A stretch of 64,000 nt of DNA from Convolutriloba macropyga (Eukaryota), in NCBI RefSeq assembly GCF_964194025.1, contig NC_134479.1, positions 21,576,001-21,640,000 of the forward strand. The letters run 5' to 3'. A program made the position numbers and the translations under genes. Below, piece after piece: positions 47,494 through 61,220 of the stretch. Each line of letters starts with the position of its first letter. Within the stretch, counting starts at the first letter, position 1. The notes under the pieces are model-generated. The model was given only the letters and a program-made list of their open reading frames with translations, ran no database searches and was not told the DNA's origin.

Positions 47494-48610
47494 ATGGCTG
47501 TTTTGCTGCTAAAAAGTTGCTGGTTGTATCAACTAATTTTATTACTTTTCGTGTTAACTCGGTTGAATTACGCCCTCAATATTCTCGTGGTATCTACATG
47601 TTATACTGGCCATTTAACCCCAACATTGGCCATCATTCGGAAACTTTTCTCACGAGGACATACTGCGGATTTTTTAACGAGTGGACATTGTTGCCAGACT
47701 AAAATTCAGAATGGGCTGGCAACCAATGTTGACTGTTCGGATCGCGGATTTATTACCTTGGATGGAGTTGATGTGAACAACCCTATTGAAGCCATAATGC
47801 AAGTTCGGCAGATCTCAGCTGAAAATGGCACAGGCATAGCTTTCAAAGAAGTGAACGACTTTTTGAACAGTAATCGGAGGAAGTATGACGTAATGATGGC
47901 CGATTGGGCTCTTTTGGGTGCAACGATAGCTGCAGAATTGCATAACATTCCCGTTGTTACTAGCTACATCGGAACTTTGTTTTTCGCGTTGGACGATGAT
48001 CCAAGTATTCAACCTAGACTGTCTTATGTACCAGAACCCTTCAAATTTTTCGAGAACTTTGTTGAATTTTTCACAGCTTATGTTTATCATAGAGCCGCTT
48101 CGGGTCCTGCTTTTGATATCGTTGTCGATATTAACAGAAAATTCAATATGCAGCCCAAAATTCAAAATTATGGACTCACGTTTCTGCTGCCCAGCACGTA
48201 TTATCACGCATTTTCGAATTTAATTCACTTTGGTCCTCCGAATGTTTTCACGCCCAGTAAAATTTTTATGAATGAAAAGACAAATGTTCATCAAGTTGGT
48301 TATTTACCAGAGGCAGAATTTTACCGAAAACTTGACAAAAAAGTTCAATTGTTTGTTGAAAATTCAAAATCTCCTGTTATTTATATTGCAATGGGAACAT
48401 TATTTCAAATGGAACTTTCAAAACTCGAGAAAGTTGTCCGTGATTTATCAATCCATAGAGAGTTCTCGTTTATCTGGTCAGCTTCTGATTTTTACTTTGA
48501 AAAATTGAAGTCGTTGGGTTTACCCGAAAACAAATTGATAATAGTTAACAATGTAGCGCAATTAACGTTACTGATGAACGAGAAGGTTGTAGCATTTTTG
48601 TCGCATGCAG
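47494..48610 (+). CDS. UGT copy C, exon 1
   Basis: ATG 47494 (MAVLLLK); ends SHA-G at CAG|GTAACG. Confidence 0.93.
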
Positions 48611-49260
48611 GTAACGTTCTTTATTCTTTTTCTATCATATTGTGGAATCGTTGTGCAACCACTTAAATTTATAGAAAAATGAGTTCCGAAATGACTGTTT
48701 TATGGCAATTCTTTTATCGCTGACCAATTTTGCAGATAGAGATTGAAACTAATTAAATGAAAATCTTCAGAAACAACAAAATTTAATTTAGAGATGTTAA
48801 ATTTTTTTCTCTACAAGCAGTCAAAAAAGAAAAATTTTAGGTCGGAAACAAATTGTTACGATACGTACTGTGCTGTCAAGCTCATGAGGTGCTTTTTTCG
48901 TCGAGACAATAAACAACTCCCAAAATTACTAAAATCCTATGTACTTGAGTTAGCTGAAGCAAAAAAATGTGAAAATTTTCAAAATAATGAAACAGTTCCT
49001 ATTCGATTACTATCGGTCGAATTAAAACTCTATGGGATTCTGTTGATTTTCAAATGTTCTTCAATTTTTTCTCTCAATCCAATAAATTAGAAACCTCTTG
49101 TCGGAATAAATTTTGACTGAATGCTCTCAAAAATTGCACCTGAACGATAAGAAAATCATTTCGACGAACGTTTTAAGATACGTTTAATTCCATTGTAAAC
49201 GCAAAATTGTGAAACTCTGAGCAAATTGTCTGCCAGCTGATAAAACAATTAAAACAAGAG

Positions 49261-49525
49261 NNNNNNNNNNNNNNNNNNNNNNNNNNNNNNNNNNNNNNNN
49301 NNNNNNNNNNNNNNNNNNNNNNNNNNNNNNNNNNNNNNNNNNNNNNNNNNNNNNNNNNNNNNNNNNNNNNNNNNNNNNNNNNNNNNNNNNNNNNNNNNNN
49401 NNNNNNNNNNNNNNNNNNNNNNNNNNNNNNNNNNNNNNNNNNNNNNNNNNNNNNNNNNNNNNNNNNNNNNNNNNNNNNNNNNNNNNNNNNNNNNNNNNNN
49501 NNNNNNNNNNNNNNNNNNNNNNNNN
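49261..49525. other. Assembly gap
   Basis: Run of N. Confidence 1.
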
Positions 49526-51389
49526 GTATGTCTGTTTCAATGTGAGATCGGAAGTTTTCGGTTTTCCATGTTCATTTCATGTTTAGTACTATCAGCTGGA
49601 ATATGATACTTGAGATAAATATTACCTTAATTAAACCTCCTGTTTAGACTATATTTTTCCTCTTAGTTCTACAGAAATAAATAGCTACTAAAGGCATATT
49701 TGGCAACAATTTTTTAAATTGATCGTCTCAAGCTCGAAATATGCTTACATGGACAATCTTTTGATAAAAAATAGATAACATTATACGTTCTCGTCATTTT
49801 TGTTCTCTTACTTAAAATTACAACTTTCGCGTCGTTTTTTGCGTCAAATAATTTGACACATGAATATGAACATAAAATTTTGTAAATTTTTACTGAAAAG
49901 GTTTTTTTAACAATTTAATGAGCACGTAGAAAAATGTAATCTGTTATCCAAAAAGCACAAACATAACAAGTCGAATAAATAAACAAAATTTTCCAGATTA
50001 ACTTAACCTGGATAATATTGAATTTTATTCGAAAATATATCGTAAAAACTGAACTGTCACAAAACTATCCCAACTGCAACACTGTATCAGAACAGTCATT
50101 TTCATAATTGAGTTTTTTAAGAAACAACCCAAATTACGATTCAAGAAACATTTTTACATAGTTGAATAATATGCTAATAATAAAATTATCTCCTCTTGAT
50201 AATTTTTTCCTGGAAGCCATCTCAATTTTCTTACGTTAGAAAGAAGATGGAAACACTTTTAGGATGGAAAACAACTTGAAGTGGAAACGAATTTTCCCTC
50301 TACCTGGATGAGCAGAGGTCCCAGATATGATGTTAATTTGAAAAAAAAGATTGGCAGCAAGATTATTCCTAAACTCGGTAGCGAGAAAAACACATATTTT
50401 CCTCTCAAAAGAAAGAGTTTGTCTTCACAAACAGCAGTTGTTCAAAAGTTTTGAGGAAATCATTATAGAGCAAAACAATTTGCCTTTAAATGGGTACAAA
50501 AACCTAATGGCAAAAAGAGTTTTGTTATTTAATTTTAAATTCTATTTGTTTGCCTTGAACTTTGGCTTCCTGTGGACCACAATTTTTCAAAAAAAAAATA
50601 AAATTATTAGAGGGTTTTAAAATTTTTGCGACATATTTTCTATTTTAAGACTGCCGCTCAGAGTTTTTTAATTTAAAAGCGTGTAGATCTAGATAGGGCC
50701 CAAACTTGTTCAATTTTTAATTTTGAAATCCTACGTAAAATTTTTCAACGGGGCGATGCCAAATTTTGTCAAAAGTTCCGAAATTGGATGATAATTTATG
50801 TCACGTTAACTTGTAAGGAACATCAAAATTTTTCAATCTTGAATTTCAATGGGTACTTTTTCTTTAATTATTGCAACACTAAAGAATAGGAGAATGTACA
50901 TCAAATTATTAAACAACTGCTCATTTCTTTTAAAGCAGTTGTTATTAATTGTTGATCTGGCAATATTTTCTCTTACAAGCAAACAACTAAAAACGACGCG
51001 AGCTTCAATTTTGTCTTCAAAACTTGAAAAAGCAATTTCATAGGAATCAGAATTGACGAAATATTTCCATAAGCGACCTAAAAATAGAAAAGTTCGATCA
51101 TATTGTACACAACAGTACACTTTTTTATTTGTTTAGGAAAACAAAGAAGAGAAAGTTGACAAACATCCGCACGAAAATATTTTTCATTATGGGAAATAGG
51201 TTTCGCAATGACTATAGTTATTGAAGTCCAAGCTTTTCCGATTTTGAATTAGGAACGACACGTTTCAACTGAACTACAATATTTAATTAAATAAGTTAAT
51301 GATCGTTTAGATATATAATTGTTTTGGAAAACATTCCAAGCTTAGACACCGTTCAGGTCAGTCTACTATTTCATATACGCTGCATTTAG

Positions 51390-51856
51390 GTGGAAACTCT
51401 GTTGCCGAGGCCGTTCACGCTGAGACCCCGATGCTGGTCTTTCCTGGTTTCGCTGACCAACCAGCGAACGCTGACCATTTAGTCCGGGAGAAAATGGCAC
51501 TGCCGTTGGCCAAACTGACACATGACGAGATAACTTCAAAATTAGCTCAGCTTCTCTCTCCCGAAATTTACTCTGATTGCAAGAAACGATTGAAAAAGAG
51601 CAAAGAATTTATGATGTCATTGGGAGGGTACGAAAAAGCGGCAGACATCGTTGAAAAAGTAGCCAGCGGGGAAATAAAAGTTGTCGATGCGCCGAAACTT
51701 CTAAATATGGAACAAGTTTACAAAGGACAATTGGTTTATTACTCGACAATATTCATGGCCACTATTTGTTTACTTATATGGTTGCTTTACTTGTGTTGTC
51801 GACGTATCTGCTTTGCATCAAAAATGAATGTGAAAAGTCAAGAAAAACAAGATTGA
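51390..51856 (+). CDS. UGT copy C, exon 2 (spliced protein 527 aa)
   Basis: TGCATTTAG|G acceptor; GGNSVAEAVHAETPMLVFPGFADQ; TM helix. Confidence 0.93.
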
Positions 51857-52937
51857 ACAAATTCGAGAACAAACGAAATGATTATCAAAATGATTATTTA
51901 CATCAGACTGTGAATCAGTATTTCGCTGTAAACAAAAACTTTCGAGTTTCATTAGACTTCTACAATGGTTTCTGCCCGATTTTTTCTGACATATATTGAA
52001 ATTTTTTCATTGAATTCTGTGATTTGAATGTTATCAGACAAAATAACTAAAATCTTTTAAATCATATTCTATCTTTGAAATGCTATTCTACTGATTTTAA
52101 CTGCTTTTTGGTCAATTTGCTGCCATATAGTCAAGACCAATCTCGAAGGTTATACATAAATAATCTTTTTATACAGAGTTTTTGAGTTAAAATTGAGATG
52201 GCTCTAGGGGTAAATACTAGCCCAATTTAAGGTGCCGGATAAAAATTTTTGCAATAAGTTCTCATGAAAGATCTCAATAAAGAATGGAAGAACTAAAATT
52301 GCCAGAAATTTCATTGCAGATGATCTGTATTGATTTTTTTTCGGTTATCAGTTTTTTGTGATTGGCTTCAGCTTGCAATCAAATGTGTAAAACACAATAT
52401 AATCGTTAATTTTGATTCTCAAAATGTATTTCAAAACTATAATTAAAAACAAAATGATCAACTGATTATGATCAAATTTCTACTTATGATCAAAATTAAA
52501 TCTTCCAATGGAACGTTAACAGGTCGACTAGATGACAACTTTGCATAAACTTGGCTTGAAAGAATTTGGAATAGACGTCATGTTTCTTCAACGCAATCGT
52601 GATTAATGTAAGGTAGTCCTGGTGAAACTTAGAATCTTAAAAATTTTGACCTGGGAGAATAGTGGCAAAAACGAGTAAATTTAATGAAAAAAAAACGACA
52701 CTGACCACGTAATGAATTACTTTCGCCAATGCACCCGGAACCTATCATGAGTATTTCCATTCAATCAATTATTATATTTATGATGAGATGAAACAAGATC
52801 TTAATTAAAATTACGCAAAATAAGATTAGATTTCTATAATTAAAATTGCAAAATTGACCATCAAAGCAATCTCTATTGCTGAAGTGTTAACCACCTTGAG
52901 CATAAAATTCCTCCATGACCCAGAATGACATGCGTGA

Positions 52938-53216
52938 CCCCAGCCAGCTCTGATCAGACCAACTTGTGTCGCGCACGGGGTGTAAACCGCGAACGCTTCA
53001 CAGAGTCTGGCAATTTTATCTGGGATCTGGATAGTCTGATCAAGACCACATCCAGAGTCTGTACGGTCTAATTAGGGCATTAGCTAAGGTATGAACGGTC
53101 TTTTCAGAGCCCCGCCAAGAGTCTGGATAGTCTGAACAGAGCTCTTTCCACAATTTGTATTGTCGATCAGAAACCTTTCCAATGTCTACAATTTCTGTTC
53201 AGAACCAAGAGGCCTA
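52938..53216. repeat. TCTGATCAGA-family dispersed repeat (relative of the 2381 element)
   Basis: Shared 28-bp start and repeated AGAGTCTGG / AGTCTGA(T/A)CA motifs. Confidence 0.5.
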
Positions 53217-54158
53217 ACCGATGAACGCCCAGTCCCTCCAGAAAAAGCGAGATAGTTAAACCCCAAGGGACTGTCTTTTGGGGAGCCCTTCCCAATTTTA
53301 GTTGATGGGCATCAAAGACCACGCTTAGGACCAAGCTTTGATGATGAATTGTTTGGAATAACTTTATTTGCTGAAGAACCCGAAAACAATATAAATAAAA
53401 TGAGAATGTTGACTATTTTTCTGCCAATAATATATTATAACAATTATTACTGCTACGCTACTTCAACAGATAAAAGTGTCAGTCACGGTACCCTCAGTGC
53501 GCGACCGAAGTGGGTCACACACTCCCCGTGCGCGACTCAAAACGATCTGGGGCTGCAGTGCGCAACTCAAAAAGTAATAATTGTTTCATCCTCTTTTTGT
53601 CTCTCATTTTCATTTTGGTCCTGGGAAGTTGCGTGTCACCTGATGGTGTTTTCTGATCAAGGTGCTGTACCAACATTGTGAGTTTTCAGTAGGTATGTCT
53701 TGTTGGCGGCCAAAACTTATAGATATTGGATTTATAAAAATAGGATATAAGTGTGATTTGAACAATTATATTTTTGAAAAGGGGCTCAAATTCTCTATAT
53801 TGAGTCTGATAATTGGCACAAAAACAAACATTCTGATTTTCCGGATAGAGTTTAGTGCTGATTCGACTGTAGTGAAGGAGTAAGATCTCACTCGACAACT
53901 AACTGTTGTGATGATAATTATAAAACGTTTTTTTGTGCTAATGATAATGCAATTCGTGGAACAAAATACATTCTACAATCTGAATCTAAATACATATCTA
54001 CATCGACACATAATAAATAAAGTTAAGGTAAATTTACCTGAACGGAGTTAAGGTAAACAGTTGATAAGGTAAAGTTAAGGTAAAGTTTACCTTATCTTTA
54101 CCTTTACTTGAGATAAGGTAAAAATTAAACTTAACTTTGTTAAGGTAAAATTACCTTA

Positions 54159-54607
54159 GGATCTTTTCAACAATTGCCCCCCCCAGTGGTACCTAGCAGA
54201 GAATCGCCACCCCTTCTGTGCTATACTTTACCACGATATTACTTGGCCTACAGTTTAGGTAGCCGAATAATAATTTAAGCACAATTGCGAACCACTGTTC
54301 AAGGCCATGCCTCTCATGCGCTGTGGGATGTAATCCGGAAATCGCGGGTCGGTTATTGCGGCAAAGCCGCGACGCGCGTGAAGCGCGCCCACCGACCCGC
54401 CAGTCGGAAATTCTTTTCGCTTTGTAATTTGGTTCGGCTAGTTGCCGTACCATGGCGTATTTTATTCTATTCAATTTAACACAGTATGTGCATGCATGCG
54501 TGGAAAGTTATTAGTCATCTCTGATTGGTTAATAAATGGCTCGCTTAAATTCTATTCAAGAATAAGCACCCCTTTTGCAAAAGGGGGGCCAATTGTCGAA
54601 AAGATCC
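54159..54607. mobile_element. 449-bp MITE with GG-initiated ~25-bp TIRs and an 8-bp TSD (Merlin-like)
   Basis: GGATCTTTTCAACAATTGCCCCCCC ... GGGGGGCCAATTGTCGAAAAGATCC; TTACCTTA on both sides (54151-54158 and 54608-54615). Confidence 0.8.
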
Positions 54608-56349
54608 TTACCTTAATTTTCATTATTTTTTTCGTAACGTTCTGCTATATAATAACCAAAAAAAAATGTTTTGCACAACAATATCACCATTTAACGTAAC
54701 TTGTTATGTTATAAAATTAAAAAGTTGGGAAAGTATGCGGAAGTGTCAGTTAACAAATATGATGTATTTTTAAGTGTAACACAAAATCTCATATTTAATT
54801 CTATTTGAAAACACATAAAAAGCACTCTATTCTGTTTCAGGTACACACGACAACTGAACACATTTAGAACCAACAAAGCTATGCCGATGATCGGTGTCTG
54901 GTTAAGTTGGCGACAACATATGTCATGTACAAACCTATGTAATCATTAGACCTTATCCAGTCAATAATCAACCATCAGCAGACTATGACTCTTTTATCCC
55001 CTTTTACCTCGTTGATAAGGTGGCCCAGACAAACGCAGACAACAATCAGTAATGATCAGACGAGCTCGTTCTTCTCGCCCACTCGTTACAAGACCTTAGT
55101 ATAAAATTTAATATACGGTTTTGTAAAAGGACCTAGCAGATCTAGCAGAAGTTTTCTAGCAGCAAGATTGATTATGTATAATTTATTAACGGTCTTGCAA
55201 GAGTTCGTCAGAATATTGTCAAATTTGGACTAGGAGTTCAAATTCATAAATAATGAACCACTGAGTGTCCCCAATATCTTCATTATTGCTCTGTTACCAA
55301 TTATAAAATGCAGGGTTTTTAATTCCTTCAAGGAAACAAAAAGAAGTGACGTGTTCAAAGTACTTAACTTCTTGTTTGTGTGATAATAATTTTCTTTCCT
55401 AAATATTTGACTGCTTATATGATAATAAATCATTGCTGCACTGCAGTAGATGTAAAAAACAATTTCAATTAATTTACGCCAAAAATGCTTATTTTTGAGA
55501 AAAACTCAGCTTTTTTATCATATGCGTTAATTGAGGAAAAAATGAAGACATACGATTTTAAAATAACCTGGGTTTTTTTAATGATTAATTCTCTAAAAAT
55601 GGTTTTAGACTTTTTTATTGAGTTCGCGGATTTTTTTTCAGCAGTGTATTTTTGTTGCTTACAATACGGCATCGATGACTAGCAACCAAAACTACAGGTC
55701 AATGAATACTGTATAGTGGTGGTGTTTACTATTTTATTGGTCCGATGAAATTGACAGCATTTTTCTTAAAACAAACAGCAAAGCCTAACACAGGCAATGT
55801 CATGGAATACCAAATACGGGCTCAAGAATCTGTCTCACAAATAAAACAACAATTTCAAGAGGTTGGTCTGAAATTCACGAGAGTAGATTGCAAAAGGTGA
55901 CTGCTATAAAGAAGAAGATGATCTCCCTTTAAAGTAGACAGTATTTGCATGCACTCAATTTATATACATTTGCATATATTTTGAACCTCCTGGGCCGATG
56001 ACATCCCTTATATTTGCTATAAAAATATTTATAAATACTATAATGGTTTTATATAATTTAAATAACCTCATTGTTTTAAAGAGTTGGCTTTGGGCTTAAA
56101 ATTTTTTATGCAGCAAGATAAAGTTTAATAATCCACAAAATTTTTAATTTTTTGGTGACTACAAAAAGATACAAAAATTGACAGCATTTTAGTACAAACT
56201 CTGAGAAGCTCAATCAATTGATCGCGTCCAAGAGAAAATCAGTTGATAAATATTTGTCGGAGAAAAAATCACTTGATAAGTATTTGATCTGTTTTTTTGA
56301 ACGCCGTTCATTTGGAATGGTACGCTTGGTCTCTCTAGGCAGGTTGAGC

Positions 56350-57320
56350 TAACGAGGCTCTGGCTGAGGAAAGTAATGGCAACCTACTTCAGTAAAATGC
56401 CAAGAAGTTTAAATGGCCTTAAAAGTCAAGCGAGAAACGGCGTAAAAAGAATCCAGAAGGATGCCGCGCCCGGCAGGAAAGGTGTTGGTAGACAGGACAC
56501 CCCCAGTCGACATCAAGCTACTGTCGAAGTAAAGAGTAGGAACAAGAAAAGTGACAACCTCCAATTTGCGGACGACATTGTCTTGACGGCTGCCTCCGAA
56601 AAACCAATGAAGAATCTTTTGGATCTGATTAAATTTGGGATGGAAATCAACTGCAAGAAGACAAAATTTATGATTTTCAGCAAAGACACTGATCAGAAGG
56701 TAACTATCCATCTGTTTCGGCCTGCCACTCGAAACAGTTGACCGTGTCAATTACCTTGGATCACTCCTGACGTGTGATTGCAAAAGCAGATGTGACATCC
56801 AGCAAAAGATAGCAGAGGCGAAGAAAGCTTTTTCTGATATGAAAAGCGTATTAGCGAATCTGAAGATGCACATGAAACTGAGACTACGAATCCTTAGATG
56901 ATATATTGAACCCATTCTCCTCTACGGCAGTTAAACATGGACTCTGACGACAGCAGACAATAAAACCCTGATGGCAATGGAGATGTGGTTTTTGAGAAGA
57001 AATCTTGAAATCATATGGACAGACGAGGTAACAAATGAAGAAGTTTTGCAGCGTGCTGGGACCAAACGATGGATGATAAATTCAATAGCCAAGAGACAGG
57101 CATCCTTCTTTAGTCATATCATCAGGAAACAAGGATTGGAGAATCTTGCAATGACTGCCAAAATTCTTGGCAGAAAATCTCGAGGAAGACAGAGAAGACA
57201 GCATCTCGACCAGATCAAGGAGTGGACTGGAATCAAACAAACCGAAGTTCTACTACGAGCGGCTAACACGAGGAACCTTCAAACAGTCAACGTCCATTGA
57301 CACGACACAAGAAGAAGAAA
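56350..57320 (+). mobile_element. RTE-clade LINE remnant, internally deleted
   Basis: LQFADDIVL, GMEINCKKTK, YLGS, ILLYGS*TWTL, MEMWFLRR and GRKSRGRQR motifs with a (GAA)n tail; RTE/Bov-A-like 5' motif at ~56365-56405. Confidence 0.85.
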
Positions 57321-58929
57321 TATTGCGCAGTGAGCTAAGTTTAAGTGAACTGCACAACAAATTCTGTTAATTAAGCATTTGATTTCCAGAAGAAGTAGAA
57401 TATGAAACCACAAGGTTTTCCGAAAATATTGGCCTCTGCAATATTTAAAAACCTTCTTGGTATGCCTGAAATTTGAAATCTTTTTCGTTCTGAGTTTTTT
57501 ATGCTCCTCAAAATCTTTTTGCAGATATTGAAGTTTGAGCTGAACTATTTTTAACTAGGTTTAACCGCGGCACCGCTGCCGTTGGTAGTCACTAGATCTT
57601 GCCGCAACATCTTGCTCCAATTATGCTCAACACAACAATTGGCTCTGGTTGGATATTCGCCTCAGATGCAAAATAAAAAATTTCAGGTAAATTTGCCTGA
57701 ATTTAGATACAGGCTCCCTTAGATAGAATTTAGATACAGGCTCTTATTTATAATTACAGGCTCCCTTGAAGTTCAGATGTACAGATACCTGAAAGCTTAT
57801 TGAACTGTAGTTCAGATATTATTTACCTGAACTGACTGAGTTGTGGTTACCTGAAAATATAGTGTACGCTTAAATATGCATTGAATCAATCAAATGTTTG
57901 CTGCTCTCAAAACTTTATTTAAACTATCGAAATTTGATGTAGCCTATCAACAGCGCTTCGACCTTTAAGATCGTTAGATCAATCACAACTCTGCATTTAA
58001 AGCGGATAATTGCCAATTTTAGAAAAAAAACTTGCTGTTGTATGTCAAAATAGTGCATATAATGCAGGAAAAATTTGCGCAATTTAATTGATTCAACAGA
58101 AAAACGGCATCAAAATTCTACTACCCGTTCTTATTGAAAAAGTACAGTAAAAACAGTACTTTCTACTGAACAGTACTTTGAACTATTTCAAGTCAGCCAT
58201 TAACAAGCCAAACTTGAAAAACCACGATTTATATGCTAGCCCCTAAAAAACTGCATATTCGGCAAACGACTAAAAACGTTTTGCCTAGATATGAGATGAT
58301 GACAATTGACTGTTTTGGAAAAAAACCAATGCTCAAGAAGACAGCCCATCCTTGAGCCTATTGCTCTTTCTTTTACAATGTCTAGAATTGACATTTTTTG
58401 AACTAATTTTTATCAGTTCTATCCATAGAGAATTTAGAGTTAAGACCATGCGCTGCGAGACAGATATAGCTCATTTAAAGTTTAGATTATGTAAGAAATG
58501 CGTTGAAATAGCTGCTAAAAGTTATGAAGTAAATTTGCAGAAAATGTGAGAATGCGGTGCAGATACGCAGTAATATTAAAGTGTCAGCGATTTCTAAAAA
58601 AATTGAGGGTTTCAGCGCCTCCAACGAAATTCCTATAATTTTATCCAATAATTTTACGGCATTTTTATTGCATTTCTTTCATAATTTTTGGCACCTTTAT
58701 CGGAGCATTTCTTACAATGTTTAAACGCATCCGTCGCAAATATTCAGCAAATTTTTGTAGGCGTGTGCGTGAGTGTGTGTTTTCTTTTTTCTTTGACTTT
58801 GATTAGTGTTGCACGAGATACAATAAACAGATCACAGTTTTGATACAACGTAAGGATTTGTTAAAAAATCAAGCGGTAAAAACCATTCGACTCAAAGAGT
58901 AAGACTATTTTGATGATTTTTTGTGCATA

Positions 58930-60135
58930 CACTCTAAACAATTGTCTGGGTAAATTTAACTGCAATTTATGATGGTAAACCAAATTTCAGGTAACATTAT
59001 TTGCAACTTTGCTTGCAAAGAACGATACGTGCAATTTACCTAGAATACATTTTCTAGAAGTTACCTGGAAACTCAAAAAAATATTATATTAGGTACGTAG
59101 ATTTTGACGTGAAAACATAATCAAAAAATGCATTAAAGGGTAGGCAATATTTCTCAATGGATGATTAGAATGTTACAATCTAAGATCGAGCAAAAAACTA
59201 GAAAACTTCAGCGTAAATTATTATGCCCTATCAGCTGTATTACCCTTGCATGGTACTATGCATGGTCCTATATGGTCCTTTGGAATGGTCCTCTGGTCAA
59301 CAAGGTTCGACTTGGATTTTTTTTCTGTGAACACCGGACAAAAGTTTCTCAATTATACCTAATCAGAATTTGCATATCAATTGATTATAACTTGCCGGTA
59401 AATTTAACTAAAATTTGCAAGGAAGTTGTTCTGCAATGGAGTTTACCTAGAAACTGCCTGCAAACAACCTCAACTACCAGCAATTCTATGTGAATTTGCC
59501 TGCAATTTATCAAGAAATTGCAGAGTTACCTTCCTAGAATTTTACCTACAATAGAGGTTCTAAGTAGTGCTACCTGCAAATTCCATGTAAAAATTGCAGA
59601 TAGAGATAGCTGGAAATTTTTTTGCAGCTAATTTTTTCTAGGTGAAATACCGGTGAAAATACCTTCAATTTCTAGACACTTTGTACGCACATTTACCAAG
59701 AATTTCACCTGCAAAAATTTTTCTAGGCAATTCAACGCGCAAATCGCATGAATGGTTTGAAGGTAGAATTGACTACAAAAATTTTTGCAGGTAAAGTTCT
59801 AGGTACGTTTGCCTGCGACTTACTTACTGCAGTGTACATGAACTGAACATAAAATATAATACTCTTCATTAGATTTTGTACTACGGTCTTCAAAAGTAAT
59901 TTGAAAAGTATTGCACCGAAAAGAAACCACCTGCAAGGCGAAATTTCTAAGGTAATTCTCTCTGCTATTTTTGCATGCAATTTGCAGGTAGAACTACCTA
60001 GAGAACTTTTTGTTGGCAAAATTCTAGGAGAGTATCACTGCAATTTCTAGGTAGATTACAGGCGAAATTACCTACTAGAATTGTAGATAACCGAATTGTA
60101 GAGGAAAAATTTTGGGTTTCTTCTTTTGAGTGCAA
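58930..60135. repeat. Degenerate ACCTGCAA/TTACCTAG-rich foldback-type repeat
   Basis: Many ACCTGCAA and TACCTAG units, then their reverse complements (TTGCAGGTA, CTAGGTA) in the right half. Confidence 0.5.
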
Positions 60136-61220
60136 TTATAATTTCGGCTGGAAAAATTCCGTTGTAATCTAAACCATTTGATGATCAGCAAATATGAGAT
60201 TAAATTTTTCCGATGCCTTTGAAGGCTATATAAGCGGCACAATTTGCACGTTTGATTTTTTTAAATCTTATACGTCATAAATAAAGCAAGCAATATGAAG
60301 ATAATTGACTCTGCTATGAAGAATTGCTGCTAAATATAGCGTGCGTGCGTGCTTGTATGATTTGATTTTTTTCGCAATCTCGAGCTTTCATTTGGACTGG
60401 CGCCAGTGCTACAGTATACCTGAACTGAATATAATATATAATACTCTTCATTAGTTTTTGTACCATGGTCCCCAAAAATTAATGTGAAAAGTATTGCAAC
60501 TATTTTCTATAGATGATTTTTAAACAAGTGTAAAATTTTGGAATATATTGCTTCAACATTATAAAATCAATAATTTCCTTGCTCTACCGCACTTTTTTCA
60601 ACGCTGGTTTATGGTTTGTTTTGCATTTTTGTGTGTTCATGTTTTGCATTTTGTTTTATATGATTCACTTATTAAATAGTTTTCCCTTGCTTTGGCTCCA
60701 ATTGAGCATATACGAAGAACTTGCTTCCTTTAGAAATTTCAGATCTCAAAATTCTGAACATGATTGTATCGGTAATTTATAATGGGGGATTTCTAATGAA
60801 ATGCTGTTTCAGCAAACCAAATTGGAACCTCAAATATTAAGCACAGTAGTACTTTCTTGATCTTAGGCGTCGTCAAAAAATTGAATGCAATTCAAAACGA
60901 AGCCTCGAAATGAGCGTTTTCAAATCCATGCTACTCATGTCAATAAGTACAAATCCATAATAGATTAAGGTAATCTAATAGGGCTTAAGTATTGAGTTTA
61001 CGTAATCAATGGTAATTTCTTAAACTTTGGTCGCCGTGAACAATAAACATTTTGGCGTCTATAATAGTCGCATATATACGTTTTTCTTCTGTCTTGAAGT
61101 CTTTTGAGTGCAAAATTTGAAGGCCACATAATTTTATTATTGTATCTCATTTAATGATTTTCAGATTTGCTTTTAAGCAAACTTTCAAACACTTTGCATC
61201 GAACATTATTAGTACACAAC

